The position numbers were made by a program, and so were the translations under genes. Under the pieces are notes generated by a model. That model was given only the letters and a program-made list of their open reading frames with translations, searched no databases and was not told where the DNA came from. A DNA stretch of 64,000 nt from a virus, in the IMG/VR virus record IMGVR_UViG_3300045988_153285, positions 32,001-96,000 of that record, one strand, 5' to 3'. Each line of letters starts with the position of its first letter. Positions within the stretch are counted from its first letter, which is position 1. Shown here in pieces: positions 26,348 through 35,849 of the stretch.

Positions 26348-26367
26348 AAGAAATATTTTAAAAGAAT

Positions 26368-26383
26368 CTAAAATTAACAAAGG
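26368..26383 (+). repeat. dispersed motif copy (partial, SD-proximal)
   Basis: CTAAAATTAACAAAGG merging into the SD of the 26393 gene. Confidence 0.5.
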
Positions 26384-26392
26384 AGAGATAGT

Positions 26393-27161
26393 ATGCAAAT
26401 AAATTTGATTAAAGGTGATTGTTTAGAAAAGATGAAAGATATATCTGATAAGAGTATAGATATGATTTTATGCGATTTACCATATGGGACAACTAAAAAT
26501 AAATGGGACTCAATCATTCCTTTAGATAAGCTGTGGGAACAATATAATAGAGTTGTTAAAGATAATGGAGCGATAATATTGTTTGCACAAACTCCATTTG
26601 ATAAAGTTTTAGGATATAGCAATTTAAAAATGTTAAAATATGAATGGATATGGGAAAAGACTTCGGCCACTGGTTATTTAAACGCCAAAAAGATGCCGAT
26701 GAAAGCCCATGAGAACATATTGGTATTTTATAAAAAATTACCTACATATAATCCACAAAAGACTACTGGACACAAAAGAAAAGTGAGTAAAGCAGAACAT
26801 AAAATTAATTGTGTTAAAACAACTAATTATGGAGTTCATGATTTGACTACATATGATAGCACAGAAAGATATCCAAGAAGTGTACAAGTTTTTAAAACTG
26901 ATAAACAAAAAGAGGCTTTACACCCCACTCAAAAAACCAGTAGAGTTATTAGAGTATCTAATTAAGACTTATACCAACAAAAATGAAACTGTACTGGATA
27001 ACACAATGGGTTCAGGATCTACAGGCGTAGCTTGTGTAAATACAAAAAGAAACTTTATAGGCATTGAATTAGAGGACGATTATTTTGATATAGCAAAAAA
27101 CAGAATTGATACATATATAGAAGATAATAAAATAGAAAATATTGAATTAAATATAAATTAA
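26393..27161 (+). pseudogene. beta-class N4/N6 DNA methyltransferase split by a +1 frameshift in an A6 run
   Basis: DLPYG (motif IV) then HPTQK|PVELLEYLI and MGSGSTG (motif I). The two ORF-track pieces 26393..26965 and 26853..27161 join if one A of 26931-26936 is removed. Confidence 0.75.
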
Positions 27162-27167
27162 TAAAAT
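27150..27167 (+). repeat. dispersed motif copy overlapping a stop codon
   Basis: AATATAAATTAATAAAAT encodes the ..NIN* end of the methyltransferase. Confidence 0.7.
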
Positions 27168-27220
27168 AATAAAATAAGTGATTTATTAAAAATAAATTAA
27201 AATAAAAAGGAGATAGACGG

Positions 27221-28165
27221 ATGAAATATTTTGAATTATTTGCAGGGACAGGTATAGGAGGACTAGCATTAGATAGAAATGGATTTAAAAATGTAGGATA
27301 TTCCGAATATGATACGTATGCCATTAAGAATTATGAAGCTAATTTTCCAGGAAGAGTTAACTATGGAGATATAACAAAAATTAATGAAAAAGAATTACCT
27401 AATTTTGATCTATTAATAGGTGGCTCACCATGTCAAGATATAAGTATAATGCGAAAAACTTGGACGGAAGGTAATACAGAAGGGTTGCAGGGGAATGAAA
27501 GTAAATTATTCTTTGATTATGCGAGAATATTAAACTATAAATTACCAAAATGGTTTATATTTGAGAATGTTCAGAATTTAACTACATGTAATAACGGGGA
27601 AGACTGGGATATAGTCAAAACCGCTTTAGAGAGAAATTATTTTATAAAGTATAAAATATTAGATACTAAAAATTATAATATACCTCAAACTAGAAGAAGA
27701 ATATACATACTTGGACAAAGAAAAGATTTGGGAGAATTTAATTATGAATTTCCTAAACCATTGAAATTAAACAAAACAGTATTTGATCTATTAGAAAGAA
27801 ATGTTGATGATAAATATTATTTAAGTGATAAAATGTATGACTATGTTATGAAAGAAGGTACTGGGAACTTTAAGCAAAAGCCTGAGACTGATCTTGAAAT
27901 TGCTAGACCTCTTACAGCTACTATGCATAAAATGCACAGAGCTGGAACGGATAATTATTATCATACTAACTATAAGCCAAATAATAAAACAAATTTAAGA
28001 AAATTAACACCTAGGGAATGTGCTAGACTACAAGGTTTGGATGATACATATAAAATAGTAGTTAGTGACACAAGGGCTTATAAATTAATGGGAAATGCTA
28101 TGAGTCTAAATGTTATTGAAGCAATAGTTAAAGAATTATTGGAATACATAAATAAATTAAAATAA
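27221..28165 (+). CDS. C5-cytosine DNA methyltransferase
   Basis: FAGTGIGG (I), GGSPCQDIS (IV), FENV (VI), QTRRRIYILG (VIII), GNAMSLNV (X). Confidence 0.9.
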   Translation: MKYFELFAGTGIGGLALDRNGFKNVGYSEYDTYAIKNYEANFPGRVNYGDITKINEKELPNFDLLIGGSPCQDISIMRKTWTEGNTEGLQGNESKLFFDYARILNYKLPKWFIFENVQNLTTCNNGEDWDIVKTALERNYFIKYKILDTKNYNIPQTRRRIYILGQRKDLGEFNYEFPKPLKLNKTVFDLLERNVDDKYYLSDKMYDYVMKEGTGNFKQKPETDLEIARPLTATMHKMHRAGTDNYYHTNYKPNNKTNLRKLTPRECARLQGLDDTYKIVVSDTRAYKLMGNAMSLNVIEAIVKELLEYINKLK

Positions 28166-28247
28166 AAAATATTAGAGAGAGCTAACAAAATAAATTGATA
28201 AAATTAATCTTTTATAGAAAATAATAAACTAAAAGGAGGAAATAAGA

Positions 28248-28970
28248 ATGGTTTATATGGGAAGTAAGAATAGATTAGCAAAATGTTTAGTGCCAATAAT
28301 ACAAAATTATATAACAGAAGATACAAGAGGATATTTAGAACCATTTGTAGGTGGTGCAAATATGATTGATAAGATACAATGCAACAATAAAATAGGTTGC
28401 GATATACATAAACCATTAATAGCATTATTGAACAAAGCAAAAGATGATAGTGAATCTTTGCCAACGAATATAACAAAAGAAGAATATGAGGACGTTAAAA
28501 ATAATAAGGAGAGTTACGAAGATTGGTATGTAGGATTAGTCGGTTTCTGTTCTAGTTTTGGCGCTAAGTATTTTGGTGGATATGCAAAAGCTAATGATAA
28601 GAGAAACAGACAATTAGAGATGATAAATAATTTAAAGAAACAATCACCTAATTTAAAAAATATAGAGTTTAAATGTTGTGATTTTCTTGATTTGCCAAAA
28701 GAAGATATAAAAGGATATGTTATTTATTGCGATCCACCATATAAAGGGACAACCAAGTATAAGACAGAAGAATTTCCATATGAAGAATTTTATGAATGGT
28801 GCAAAGAAATGTCAATACATAATACAGTTTTAATTAGTGAATATAATATGCCCGATGATTTTGAATGCATATGGGAGAAAGATCTTAAAACTTCTTTGGG
28901 TAGTGGTGTTAATAAAGAGAGTGATAGAAATAGAACTGAAAGATTATATACATATAAAATAACTAAATAA
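28248..28970 (+). CDS. Dam-like N6-adenine DNA methyltransferase (D12 class)
   Basis: MGSKNRLAKCLVPII N-terminus and CDPPYKGTTKY motif. Confidence 0.85.
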   Translation: MVYMGSKNRLAKCLVPIIQNYITEDTRGYLEPFVGGANMIDKIQCNNKIGCDIHKPLIALLNKAKDDSESLPTNITKEEYEDVKNNKESYEDWYVGLVGFCSSFGAKYFGGYAKANDKRNRQLEMINNLKKQSPNLKNIEFKCCDFLDLPKEDIKGYVIYCDPPYKGTTKYKTEEFPYEEFYEWCKEMSIHNTVLISEYNMPDDFECIWEKDLKTSLGSGVNKESDRNRTERLYTYKITK

Positions 28971-29014
28971 AATCAACCTTTTATAAAAAATAAATTAAAA
29001 ATGGAGGAATTATA

Positions 29015-29588
29015 ATGAGTGCAACTAACCGAGGAGCAGAAAGAAAGGCGTATGATTTTTATGCTACACCAATAGATGTTGTTTTAAACTTTTTGGAAAA
29101 ACAAAATATATCAAAATTAAATCAAGGTGGGGGGGGTAATTCTTGAACCATCTGCAGGGAATGGAAATATAATAAAAGCATTGAATACATATTATAAAGA
29201 TAGAAAAATAGAGGCTTGCGAAATTAGGCAGGAAGAAGAATTGGGATTAAAAGAGATTTCAGATGAAGTAATTATAGGGAATTTCTTAGAATTAGACATT
29301 GATAAGAAATATGATGTTATAATAGGTAATCCACCTTATAGTTTGGCAAGGGAGTTTGTAGAAAAATCTTTAAACAGCTTAAAAGATGATGGCGTATTGA
29401 TATTTCTTTTAAGAACAGCTTTCTTGGAAAGTAAATCTAGGTATGAATTTTGGCAAAAGAATCCTTTGAGTGGATTGTATACATTAAGTAAGAGACCAAG
29501 TTTCACAGGGAAAGGTACTGATGCAACATCTTATAGTTGGTTTGTTTGGGATAAAGGTTCAGATAAACAAACAATTAAAGTTATATAA
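29015..29588 (+). pseudogene. N6-adenine DNA methyltransferase interrupted by a G8 tract (candidate phase-variable gene)
   Basis: ATG 29015 (SD GGAGGA) reads ..KLNQGGGGNS* in frame 1. Frame 2 continues ILEPSAGNGNI (motif I) and IGNPPYS (motif IV). G8 lies at 29129-29136, and G7 would fuse the two frames. Confidence 0.75.
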
Positions 29589-29600
29589 GGAGAATTTTAA

Positions 29601-29774
29601 ATGTATAAATGTAATAATTGTGGAAATGAGAAATATTTCGAAGAAACTAATATTATTAAAATTTTTGTATTACAAGATGAAGATGGTAATATAAACACTT
29701 CAAGTGATAAATTTTTATATAACCAAAATGTGATTTGTTCAAAATGTAAAAGAGTAATAGAGAATAAATCTTAA
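29601..29774 (+). CDS. 57-aa zinc-ribbon protein (below ORF-track cutoff)
   Basis: AAGGAG SD; CNNC..CSKC. Confidence 0.5.
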   Translation: MYKCNNCGNEKYFEETNIIKIFVLQDEDGNINTSSDKFLYNQNVICSKCKRVIENKS

Positions 29775-29783
29775 AATAATTAT

Positions 29784-29832
29784 ATATAAATTAATAAAAT
29801 AAATTGACAACTCATTTCCGAAATGTTATCAT
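29784..29832 (+). promoter_or_regulatory. dispersed motif + promoter of the sigma-factor gene
   Basis: ATATAAATTAATAAAAT, TTGACA 29804-29809, TGTTATCAT extended -10. Confidence 0.65.
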
Positions 29833-29893
29833 GAATAGTAGTAATTAACAGATAAGGAGTGAGTTGTAAAAAAAATTAAAGAGGTAGAACAGT

Positions 29894-30535
29894 ATGGAAT
29901 TAGGGAGATATAAACATAAAATAACTGAGAAAGAATTTAAAAGTGCAACTAATGTGTGCAAAAGGTTGGCTAGAGAATATTATGAAAAGAATGATAGATA
30001 TACATACGAAGAATATTTAAGTACGGCATATTATGGGTTATCAAGGGCTATTAAATATTATGATAGCAGGAAAGCATCGTTTATTAGATTAATTTATATA
30101 TGCTGTGAACAAGATTTAGCAATGATGATTAATACAATAGATAAAAAATATAATCAAAATAAAAGAGAATTTGAACCTAAAATAGTTGCAGATTATAGTT
30201 TGAATGAGGTTATTAAAACAGAAAAGAGCTTAAACAACACCGACAATACATTAGAAGATCTCATTGGAGATAAAAGAGTAGATTATACATATATAGAGGT
30301 AAAAGATTATATACATACAATATTCAATAGTTTTTATGAAAATATAAATCCTAAAATGAAAAGATTTAAAGTTAATAAAGATAGAGATATAAGATTAATA
30401 GAGTTGATTGTAAAAGGCTACACAGTAATGGAGGCTAGTAATATTATAGGTATTTCTAATCAGTTGGCAAATAGTATAATAAAGAAATTTAGAAATTATG
30501 CCATAGAAAATAACTTGAAATATAATATAAATTAA
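29894..30535 (+). CDS. sigma-70 family RNA polymerase sigma factor (small, ECF/phage-type)
   Basis: Region-2-like YEEYLSTAYYGLSRAIKYYD and C-terminal HTH GYTVMEASNIIGISNQLANSIIKKF. Confidence 0.6.
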   Translation: MELGRYKHKITEKEFKSATNVCKRLAREYYEKNDRYTYEEYLSTAYYGLSRAIKYYDSRKASFIRLIYICCEQDLAMMINTIDKKYNQNKREFEPKIVADYSLNEVIKTEKSLNNTDNTLEDLIGDKRVDYTYIEVKDYIHTIFNSFYENINPKMKRFKVNKDRDIRLIELIVKGYTVMEASNIIGISNQLANSIIKKFRNYAIENNLKYNIN

Positions 30536-30541
30536 CAAAAT
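30524..30541 (+). repeat. dispersed motif copy overlapping a stop codon
   Basis: AATATAAATTAACAAAAT encodes the ..NIN* end of the sigma-factor gene. Confidence 0.7.
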
Positions 30542-30577
30542 AAAAGATAGGTTTTATTGAAAGCAAGGAGGTATAAA

Positions 30578-30793
30578 ATGAAGCAGCAGGAATATTATGT
30601 GACGTTAAAGTTAAAAATTGAATCTGATCCAATCCAGGAAGAAGACTTATTAACTAAAGAAATAATCGATGATAGATTTAAACAAAGAATGAGTTGTATA
30701 TTTGATGAGGAGACTATTGAAGTTAAGGAATTTAAAAGCAAGTTAAAAGTTAAGGAGGTGGAAAATAAAAATGAGCGAGAAACAGATTTATAG
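30578..30793 (+). CDS. hypothetical protein
   Basis: AAGGAGG SD; trimmed to ATG 30578. Confidence 0.55.
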   Translation: MKQQEYYVTLKLKIESDPIQEEDLLTKEIIDDRFKQRMSCIFDEETIEVKEFKSKLKVKEVENKNERETDL

Positions 30794-30869
30794 ACATTAC
30801 CAACAAGGGTTTATTTCAAATGAAGAATTAAAGAGTTGGATTAAAAAAATAAATACATAATAGTTGAAT

Positions 30870-30887
30870 TATAAAAATTAACAAAAT
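30870..30887 (+). repeat. dispersed motif copy (SD-proximal class)
   Basis: TATAAAAATTAACAAAAT followed by AAAGGAG and ATG 30902. Confidence 0.7.
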
Positions 30888-30901
30888 AAAGGAGAAGGTA
30901 A

Positions 30902-31057
30902 ATGACAAAATGTTATTTTTGCGGAGAAGAAATGATGTGGAATATTGATTACACAAAAGAAGATTATGGCATGGAAGGAACAGGGCTTATTGTTAGTTTA
31001 AGTTGTTCGAATTGCGGTGCTAGTTGTGATTTTTATGAAGGGGAGGAAGAAGAATAA
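30902..31057 (+). CDS. 51-aa zinc-ribbon protein (below ORF-track cutoff)
   Basis: CYFC..CSNC; stop abuts ATG 31058. Confidence 0.5.
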   Translation: MTKCYFCGEEMMWNIDYTKEDYGMEGTGLIVSLSCSNCGASCDFYEGEEEE

Positions 31058-31948
31058 ATGAGAGTTTTAAGTTTATGTGATGGAGTTTCGGGAGGACAAC
31101 AAGCATTTGATATGCTTGGAATAAAATTTAATGGAGTAGAAAATACGTACTATGCGAGTGAAATAGCCGAATATAGTATAAAAGTTACACAGAAAAATTA
31201 TCCTACAACCATACAACTTGGAGATATGACAGCATTGACAAATGATTTTTTTGACAGTTTGGGTGAAATTGATATTTTACTTTCAGGCACACCATGTAAA
31301 TCGTTAAGCCGTACTCACATAGGTAATTATAATGAAGGCTTAGATGGATCTTCTAAATTATTTTGGGATTTTGTAAGAATAAAAGATTATATAAAACCTA
31401 AATATTTCTTATTTGAAAATGTAGAAAGTATGAAAGACAGTGATAGAGATATAATTACAGAGGCACTAGGTGTTGAACCAATTATGATTAATAGCAGTTT
31501 ATTTACTGCGCAGGATAGAAAAAGATATTATTGGACTAATATACCTATATTACCATTACCAGAAGAAAGCTCATCGGTATTAAAAGATATAATGATACAT
31601 AATCCAGAAGAGAAATTGTTTTATAAGCAAGATTTTGAATTTCATGGCTGGGATAAAAAACAGATAGCAACTTTAAATTTAAAATGCCATGACATAGGTA
31701 AAAGAGTTTATAATCCAAATATGAAATGTGCTACTTTAACTGCTGTAACAGGTGGATATCAAGAAAAGAAGGTTTATGATAATGGAAGGTGTAGAAAATT
31801 AACTCCATTAGAATATGAAAGGTTGCAGGGTATGAAAGATAATTATACTGAGGGTATAGCTAATTCAAAAAGATATTGTGCTTGTGGTGATGGATGGACT
31901 ATACCTGTAATAGCACATATATTAAAGGGTTTAAAAGAATACATATAA
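31058..31948 (+). CDS. C5-cytosine DNA methyltransferase (divergent)
   Basis: LCDGVSGG (I-like), SGTPCKSLS (IV variant), FENVESM (VI), QDRKRYYW (VIII), GDGWTIPV (X). Confidence 0.75.
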   Translation: MRVLSLCDGVSGGQQAFDMLGIKFNGVENTYYASEIAEYSIKVTQKNYPTTIQLGDMTALTNDFFDSLGEIDILLSGTPCKSLSRTHIGNYNEGLDGSSKLFWDFVRIKDYIKPKYFLFENVESMKDSDRDIITEALGVEPIMINSSLFTAQDRKRYYWTNIPILPLPEESSSVLKDIMIHNPEEKLFYKQDFEFHGWDKKQIATLNLKCHDIGKRVYNPNMKCATLTAVTGGYQEKKVYDNGRCRKLTPLEYERLQGMKDNYTEGIANSKRYCACGDGWTIPVIAHILKGLKEYI

Positions 31949-32101
31949 TAAAAAATAACAAAATTAAAATATTAATAAAACTAACATTTTATCAGGAAAA
32001 ATATAAATTAAAATAATACAATAAATATATTAAATTTACGAATATTATTGAATAAAATGGAAAGTATAATAAATGATGTTTAGTTTAAAGGAGATGTATT
32101 T

Positions 32102-32626
32102 ATGGGAACAATAGGTTTTTTTGGAATTAAGAAAGGTAATTTATATAAAAGGTGTTATACTTTCTATGATGCGTATCCATCATGCTTAGGAATTGAGATT
32201 GTTAAATTTATAAATAATTCTACAATTCAAGAAATTAATAGCATATATGATAATATAGTGTTGGTAAATATGGATGACTTCCCTACAAGAAATCAATTTT
32301 CTGATTGTGTATCGAATGGTTTTTATTCTAATCAAGAGTTTGGAGATGCTTGGGAATATATTATAAGGACTCCGAAAGATTTTGATCTAAGTATTTATAA
32401 AAATTTTAGATATATGATAGATTTTGATAATGAAGAAAATAGAAGTAATTATAATTATTGGGACTATAACTATGTAATAAATTTAAATGAAAACACCTTA
32501 GATATATACTACGATAATAAAAAAGATATTTATATTAGCTTTCCATTAGACGATGTTAATACACAAGATATGATAGAATTAGAAGATGATATAAATAGTG
32601 ACGAATGTAATGAATATATTTATTAA
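32102..32626 (+). CDS. hypothetical protein
   Basis: AAGGAG SD; 174 aa. Confidence 0.7.
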   Translation: MGTIGFFGIKKGNLYKRCYTFYDAYPSCLGIEIVKFINNSTIQEINSIYDNIVLVNMDDFPTRNQFSDCVSNGFYSNQEFGDAWEYIIRTPKDFDLSIYKNFRYMIDFDNEENRSNYNYWDYNYVINLNENTLDIYYDNKKDIYISFPLDDVNTQDMIELEDDINSDECNEYIY

Positions 32627-32740
32627 TATCAAATCAGGTTGTATAAGTATTATTATATGAATCATATTTGAAAGAAGAGTAGATAAGATAAATTATTGAT
32701 TATATCCTAAGTATGATGTAAAACTGCTTAAAAATAATTA

Positions 32741-32790
32741 AATATAAATTAATAAAATATGTTGACAAAAGAAAAGATTGGCATTATAAT
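32741..32790 (+). promoter_or_regulatory. dispersed motif + consensus sigma-A promoter
   Basis: AATATAAATTAATAAAAT, TTGACA 32762-32767, 17-nt spacer, TATAAT 32785-32790. Confidence 0.75.
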
Positions 32791-32854
32791 TAAATCATAC
32801 CAAAGAGATACAAAAAAACAAAAGACTATAATATATATAAAAGGAGGTGAAAGC

Positions 32855-33088
32855 ATGAAAATTGAAACTTTGGAAATGGGGAAAAGATATGTTGTGACAA
32901 AAGATTCTATGAGTGGATTTGCCAATATTGTAGGAATGGCTGAAGGAAATAAAATTGAATTTAAAAATGTTGATATTGACAATGTGGAGCTATATAAAGA
33001 AGATGATAAGATGTTTATCAAATTAGAAGTAAAAAGAGATAGTAAAGGCAACTTTGGATACATAACAACACCAAAGAATGAATTTTAA
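32855..33088 (+). CDS. hypothetical protein
   Basis: AAGGAGGTG SD; ORF-track 32759 start lies inside the promoter, so trimmed to ATG 32855. Confidence 0.6.
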   Translation: MKIETLEMGKRYVVTKDSMSGFANIVGMAEGNKIEFKNVDIDNVELYKEDDKMFIKLEVKRDSKGNFGYITTPKNEF

Positions 33089-33122
33089 TATAAAATAATA
33101 AATAAAAAGGAGACAAGAAGAT

Positions 33123-33299
33123 ATGTCATCAACAATAATAGCAAATTTTAAGGAAATTATAACGGATGAAAAAGGAATTCAAATAGAATGTGATAAAACA
33201 ATTCAAAGTGTAGGAGAAACATTAATATTGAAAGGAGAACGAGTAATTAAAGATTTTGAAATAAAAATTGAAAATGAAAATAAGGAGGTGAAAGTATGA
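33123..33299 (+). CDS. 58-aa hypothetical protein (below ORF-track cutoff)
   Basis: AAGGAG SD; stop overlaps ATG 33296; paralogous fragment at 33695-33860. Confidence 0.5.
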   Translation: MSSTIIANFKEIITDEKGIQIECDKTIQSVGETLILKGERVIKDFEIKIENENKEVKV

Positions 33300-33679
33300 A
33301 TACATTACTAAAAGTTTATCAATGCAGCATATCAAAGAAGTTTGAATATAAACTGATCAATGATCTTGAAAATTATACGGTTAAATCAATACATAATAAT
33401 AGAGTCGCTATTGAAGATAATGTAGGAGATATCTTGTGGATAGAAGACAGGGGTTATGGCTTAGATATTGGAGACACCATAAGATTTAATAGATACGGTA
33501 TCAAAATATATAATGAAGATGGATATGTGGTAGATACAAAAGATTATAATTACAAGACTAGAGTTAAAGATATAAAAAATACTAAAGGTAAATATTTTGC
33601 AATTAAATCAATTTTAAGTTCATGTGACGAATTAAGAAAAACTATTGAAGAAGCTGAAATTGATTTTAATATAAATTAA
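33296..33679 (+). CDS. hypothetical protein
   Basis: AAGGAGGTG SD; 127 aa; ends ..NIN* within a motif copy (33668-33683). Confidence 0.65.
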   Translation: MNTLLKVYQCSISKKFEYKLINDLENYTVKSIHNNRVAIEDNVGDILWIEDRGYGLDIGDTIRFNRYGIKIYNEDGYVVDTKDYNYKTRVKDIKNTKGKYFAIKSILSSCDELRKTIEEAEIDFNIN

Positions 33680-33878
33680 TAAAGGAGATGAGAGTGTGAA
33701 GACAGTAACAGTAAAATTAAAAACAATAATTACAGATGAAGAAGGAAATGAAATAGATTTAGAAAACATAGATCAATACATAAGATAAACGTTGACATTA
33801 AAAATTGTACAAGTTAGCACAAGTAAAATTATTAAAGAAAAAGAAATAAAAATCAATAAATAAAAGGAGAGATAGAAA

Positions 33879-34391
33879 ATGAAATTAAATTTAATACCAG
33901 ATTTAATACTCATAAATGAAAGAGGAGAGAGGTTTAAAATTATAACTCAGCAAGCTGTAATTAGAATAGGTGATAGCGTTTTAATTAAAAATGACTTTGA
34001 CATTAGAGATGAATTAGAAAAGTTTTTTGAAGAATCAAAAGAATCAATTCTTGAATTAGAATACCATCCGTTAGATCAAAATCTAGAGCATACAGAAATA
34101 ACTACTAAGCGAATATATATTAATACATATGAAGTTAGAGAGTATTATAACACTGAAAAGGATAAAAATGATATGATATATATGTTTAGCGTTTCTGGTG
34201 AGAATACAAAGGAATTAATTGAAGAATATAGACACAGACAGATAGTTGAAAGTTTAAAAGAACAAAAATCAAAAGAAATAAAGTTTATTGATGAGGCAAC
34301 TCTGGAAAGATTGCTTAACGAAATGAGTGTAGGAACGCAAGAATTGATAGATTCAAATACAGAATTAATAAATAAATATTTAAGTATATAG
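33879..34391 (+). CDS. hypothetical protein immediately upstream of the cas operon
   Basis: AAGGAGAG SD; 170 aa. Confidence 0.7.
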   Translation: MKLNLIPDLILINERGERFKIITQQAVIRIGDSVLIKNDFDIRDELEKFFEESKESILELEYHPLDQNLEHTEITTKRIYINTYEVREYYNTEKDKNDMIYMFSVSGENTKELIEEYRHRQIVESLKEQKSKEIKFIDEATLERLLNEMSVGTQELIDSNTELINKYLSI

Positions 34392-34396
34392 ATTTT

Positions 34397-34414
34397 AATA
34401 TAAATTAACAAAAC
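34397..34414 (+). repeat. dispersed motif copy heading the cas operon
   Basis: AATATAAATTAACAAAAC followed by an AGCCC/GGGCT hairpin and the cas5 SD. Confidence 0.7.
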
Positions 34415-34465
34415 ATAGAGGATAAAGCCCGGAGTTGGGCTATTAAATAGATGTGAGGTGAAGAA

Positions 34466-35098
34466 ATGAGGTTTCATAAATTAATTATAACTGGCAATGA
34501 AGCACACTTTAAAATACCTATGAGAAGCAAATTTCAAAATACTTATAAAATACCTCCTATATCAACAGTTGTAGGAATGCTGCAAAATATATACGGTAAA
34601 GATATAAATGACTTTGAATTAGGATATTTCATAGAGTATGAGGGTGTTGGAAAAGAAATAATAAATATATATAAAGAAGTAAATAGTAGGCAGAAGACAT
34701 TGACTTGTTCAGATAGATTTACGAAAGATATTATATATGTTGAAAATTTATATAAAGTTAGGCTAGTTATCTACCACAATATAGAAAAAGAAATTGAATT
34801 CAAAGAACCATTGACATTAGGGAAAGCTAATTATCTTGCAAATGTAAAATTTGAGGAGATAGATCTAACTAATAAATTAGGTTTAGGATATAATCAATAT
34901 ACCCCTAAAGATATAGGATATGGTATGTTGACAAGAATTAATACAGTAACAAAATACAATGAATTAAAAGGTTATTATGAATATGAAACAGAACTTGTAA
35001 GAGAAAACTTGGAGGAGTTTGAGTTAGATAATAACTATGATGAAACAGAAGATATGAATATTTATGTGTGGAAATGGAGTGATGGAGTTGTTAGTTAA
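34466..35098 (+). CDS. cas5: CRISPR-associated protein Cas5
   Basis: MRFHKLIITGNEAHFKIPMRSKFQNTYKIPPISTVVGMLQNIYG is the classic Cas5 N-terminal pattern; LTLGKANYLANV. Confidence 0.8.
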   Translation: MRFHKLIITGNEAHFKIPMRSKFQNTYKIPPISTVVGMLQNIYGKDINDFELGYFIEYEGVGKEIINIYKEVNSRQKTLTCSDRFTKDIIYVENLYKVRLVIYHNIEKEIEFKEPLTLGKANYLANVKFEEIDLTNKLGLGYNQYTPKDIGYGMLTRINTVTKYNELKGYYEYETELVRENLEEFELDNNYDETEDMNIYVWKWSDGVVS

Positions 35099-35849
35099 AA
35101 AAATAATAATTATGAAAGGTGAGGGCAAGTTAGATTATAATTATCATTATGAATTAATGAAGAGATTATACGAAGCATTAACATTAACGGATGATAAGAA
35201 GGCATTGAATCTACACGATAAAGGAATAAGTGTAGATAAAAAGAGGTTTAAATTATTTAATTATACATTATGTTTCGATAAGGAAGTAAAATATTTAAAT
35301 GATGGTATAAGTTTTAATAAGGATAATAGTATTAGATTAATTCTATCAGGTGATACAGATATATTAAATCCAATAATTAAAGGACTTATAACTAAACAAG
35401 TAATAACCTTGAATGGTGTTGAATTAAAAATAACAAATATGGAAGACGATAAAAAATTTAACTTCAAAAATATAATGCTATATAAAGTAAGATCACCAAT
35501 AGTTGAAACAATATTTAATGGCGAAAGAATAGAGTATTTAAATCCTTGTCAAGAGAATTGGTATTCAGCTTTGGCAAATAACTTAAAGAGGAAATATAAA
35601 GCGGTGTACAATGAAGAATATGAAGGTGAGTTATTCTTTGACATAGAAGATATATTAAATGTTAAAAAGAAAATGATAAATAAAATCAAGAAAGGATTTT
35701 TAATAGGATATACAGATTTTGAAATATTTGTACAAGCTACTCCTAAGATGCAAAAAATAGCTTATAATTTAGGATTAGGGCAAAATAGTAGCTTAGGAAT
35801 GGGAGCTATATCTTATATAAAAGGGTGGAACAATGAACAGGACATATGA
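35082..35849 (+). CDS. cas6: CRISPR-associated endoribonuclease Cas6
   Basis: Trimmed to MELLVKK..; LHDKG..FKLFNYTL; C-terminal Gly-rich loop GLGQNSSLGMGAI typical of Cas6. Confidence 0.75.
   Translation: MELLVKKIIIMKGEGKLDYNYHYELMKRLYEALTLTDDKKALNLHDKGISVDKKRFKLFNYTLCFDKEVKYLNDGISFNKDNSIRLILSGDTDILNPIIKGLITKQVITLNGVELKITNMEDDKKFNFKNIMLYKVRSPIVETIFNGERIEYLNPCQENWYSALANNLKRKYKAVYNEEYEGELFFDIEDILNVKKKMINKIKKGFLIGYTDFEIFVQATPKMQKIAYNLGLGQNSSLGMGAISYIKGWNNEQDI

Noticed and set aside
30772-30860. 29-aa ORF overlapping the end of 30578..30793
   Set aside because: It is short and has no convincing independent SD. It cannot be told apart from chance.
33695-33860. Possible small gene (GTG 33695) resembling the 33123..33299 ORF
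   Set aside because: The similarity (..ITDEEGNEIDLE.. / ..LTLKIVQV..KEKEIKINK) is interrupted by an in-frame TAA at about 33785. It is probably a decayed paralog, and I did not call it as a CDS.
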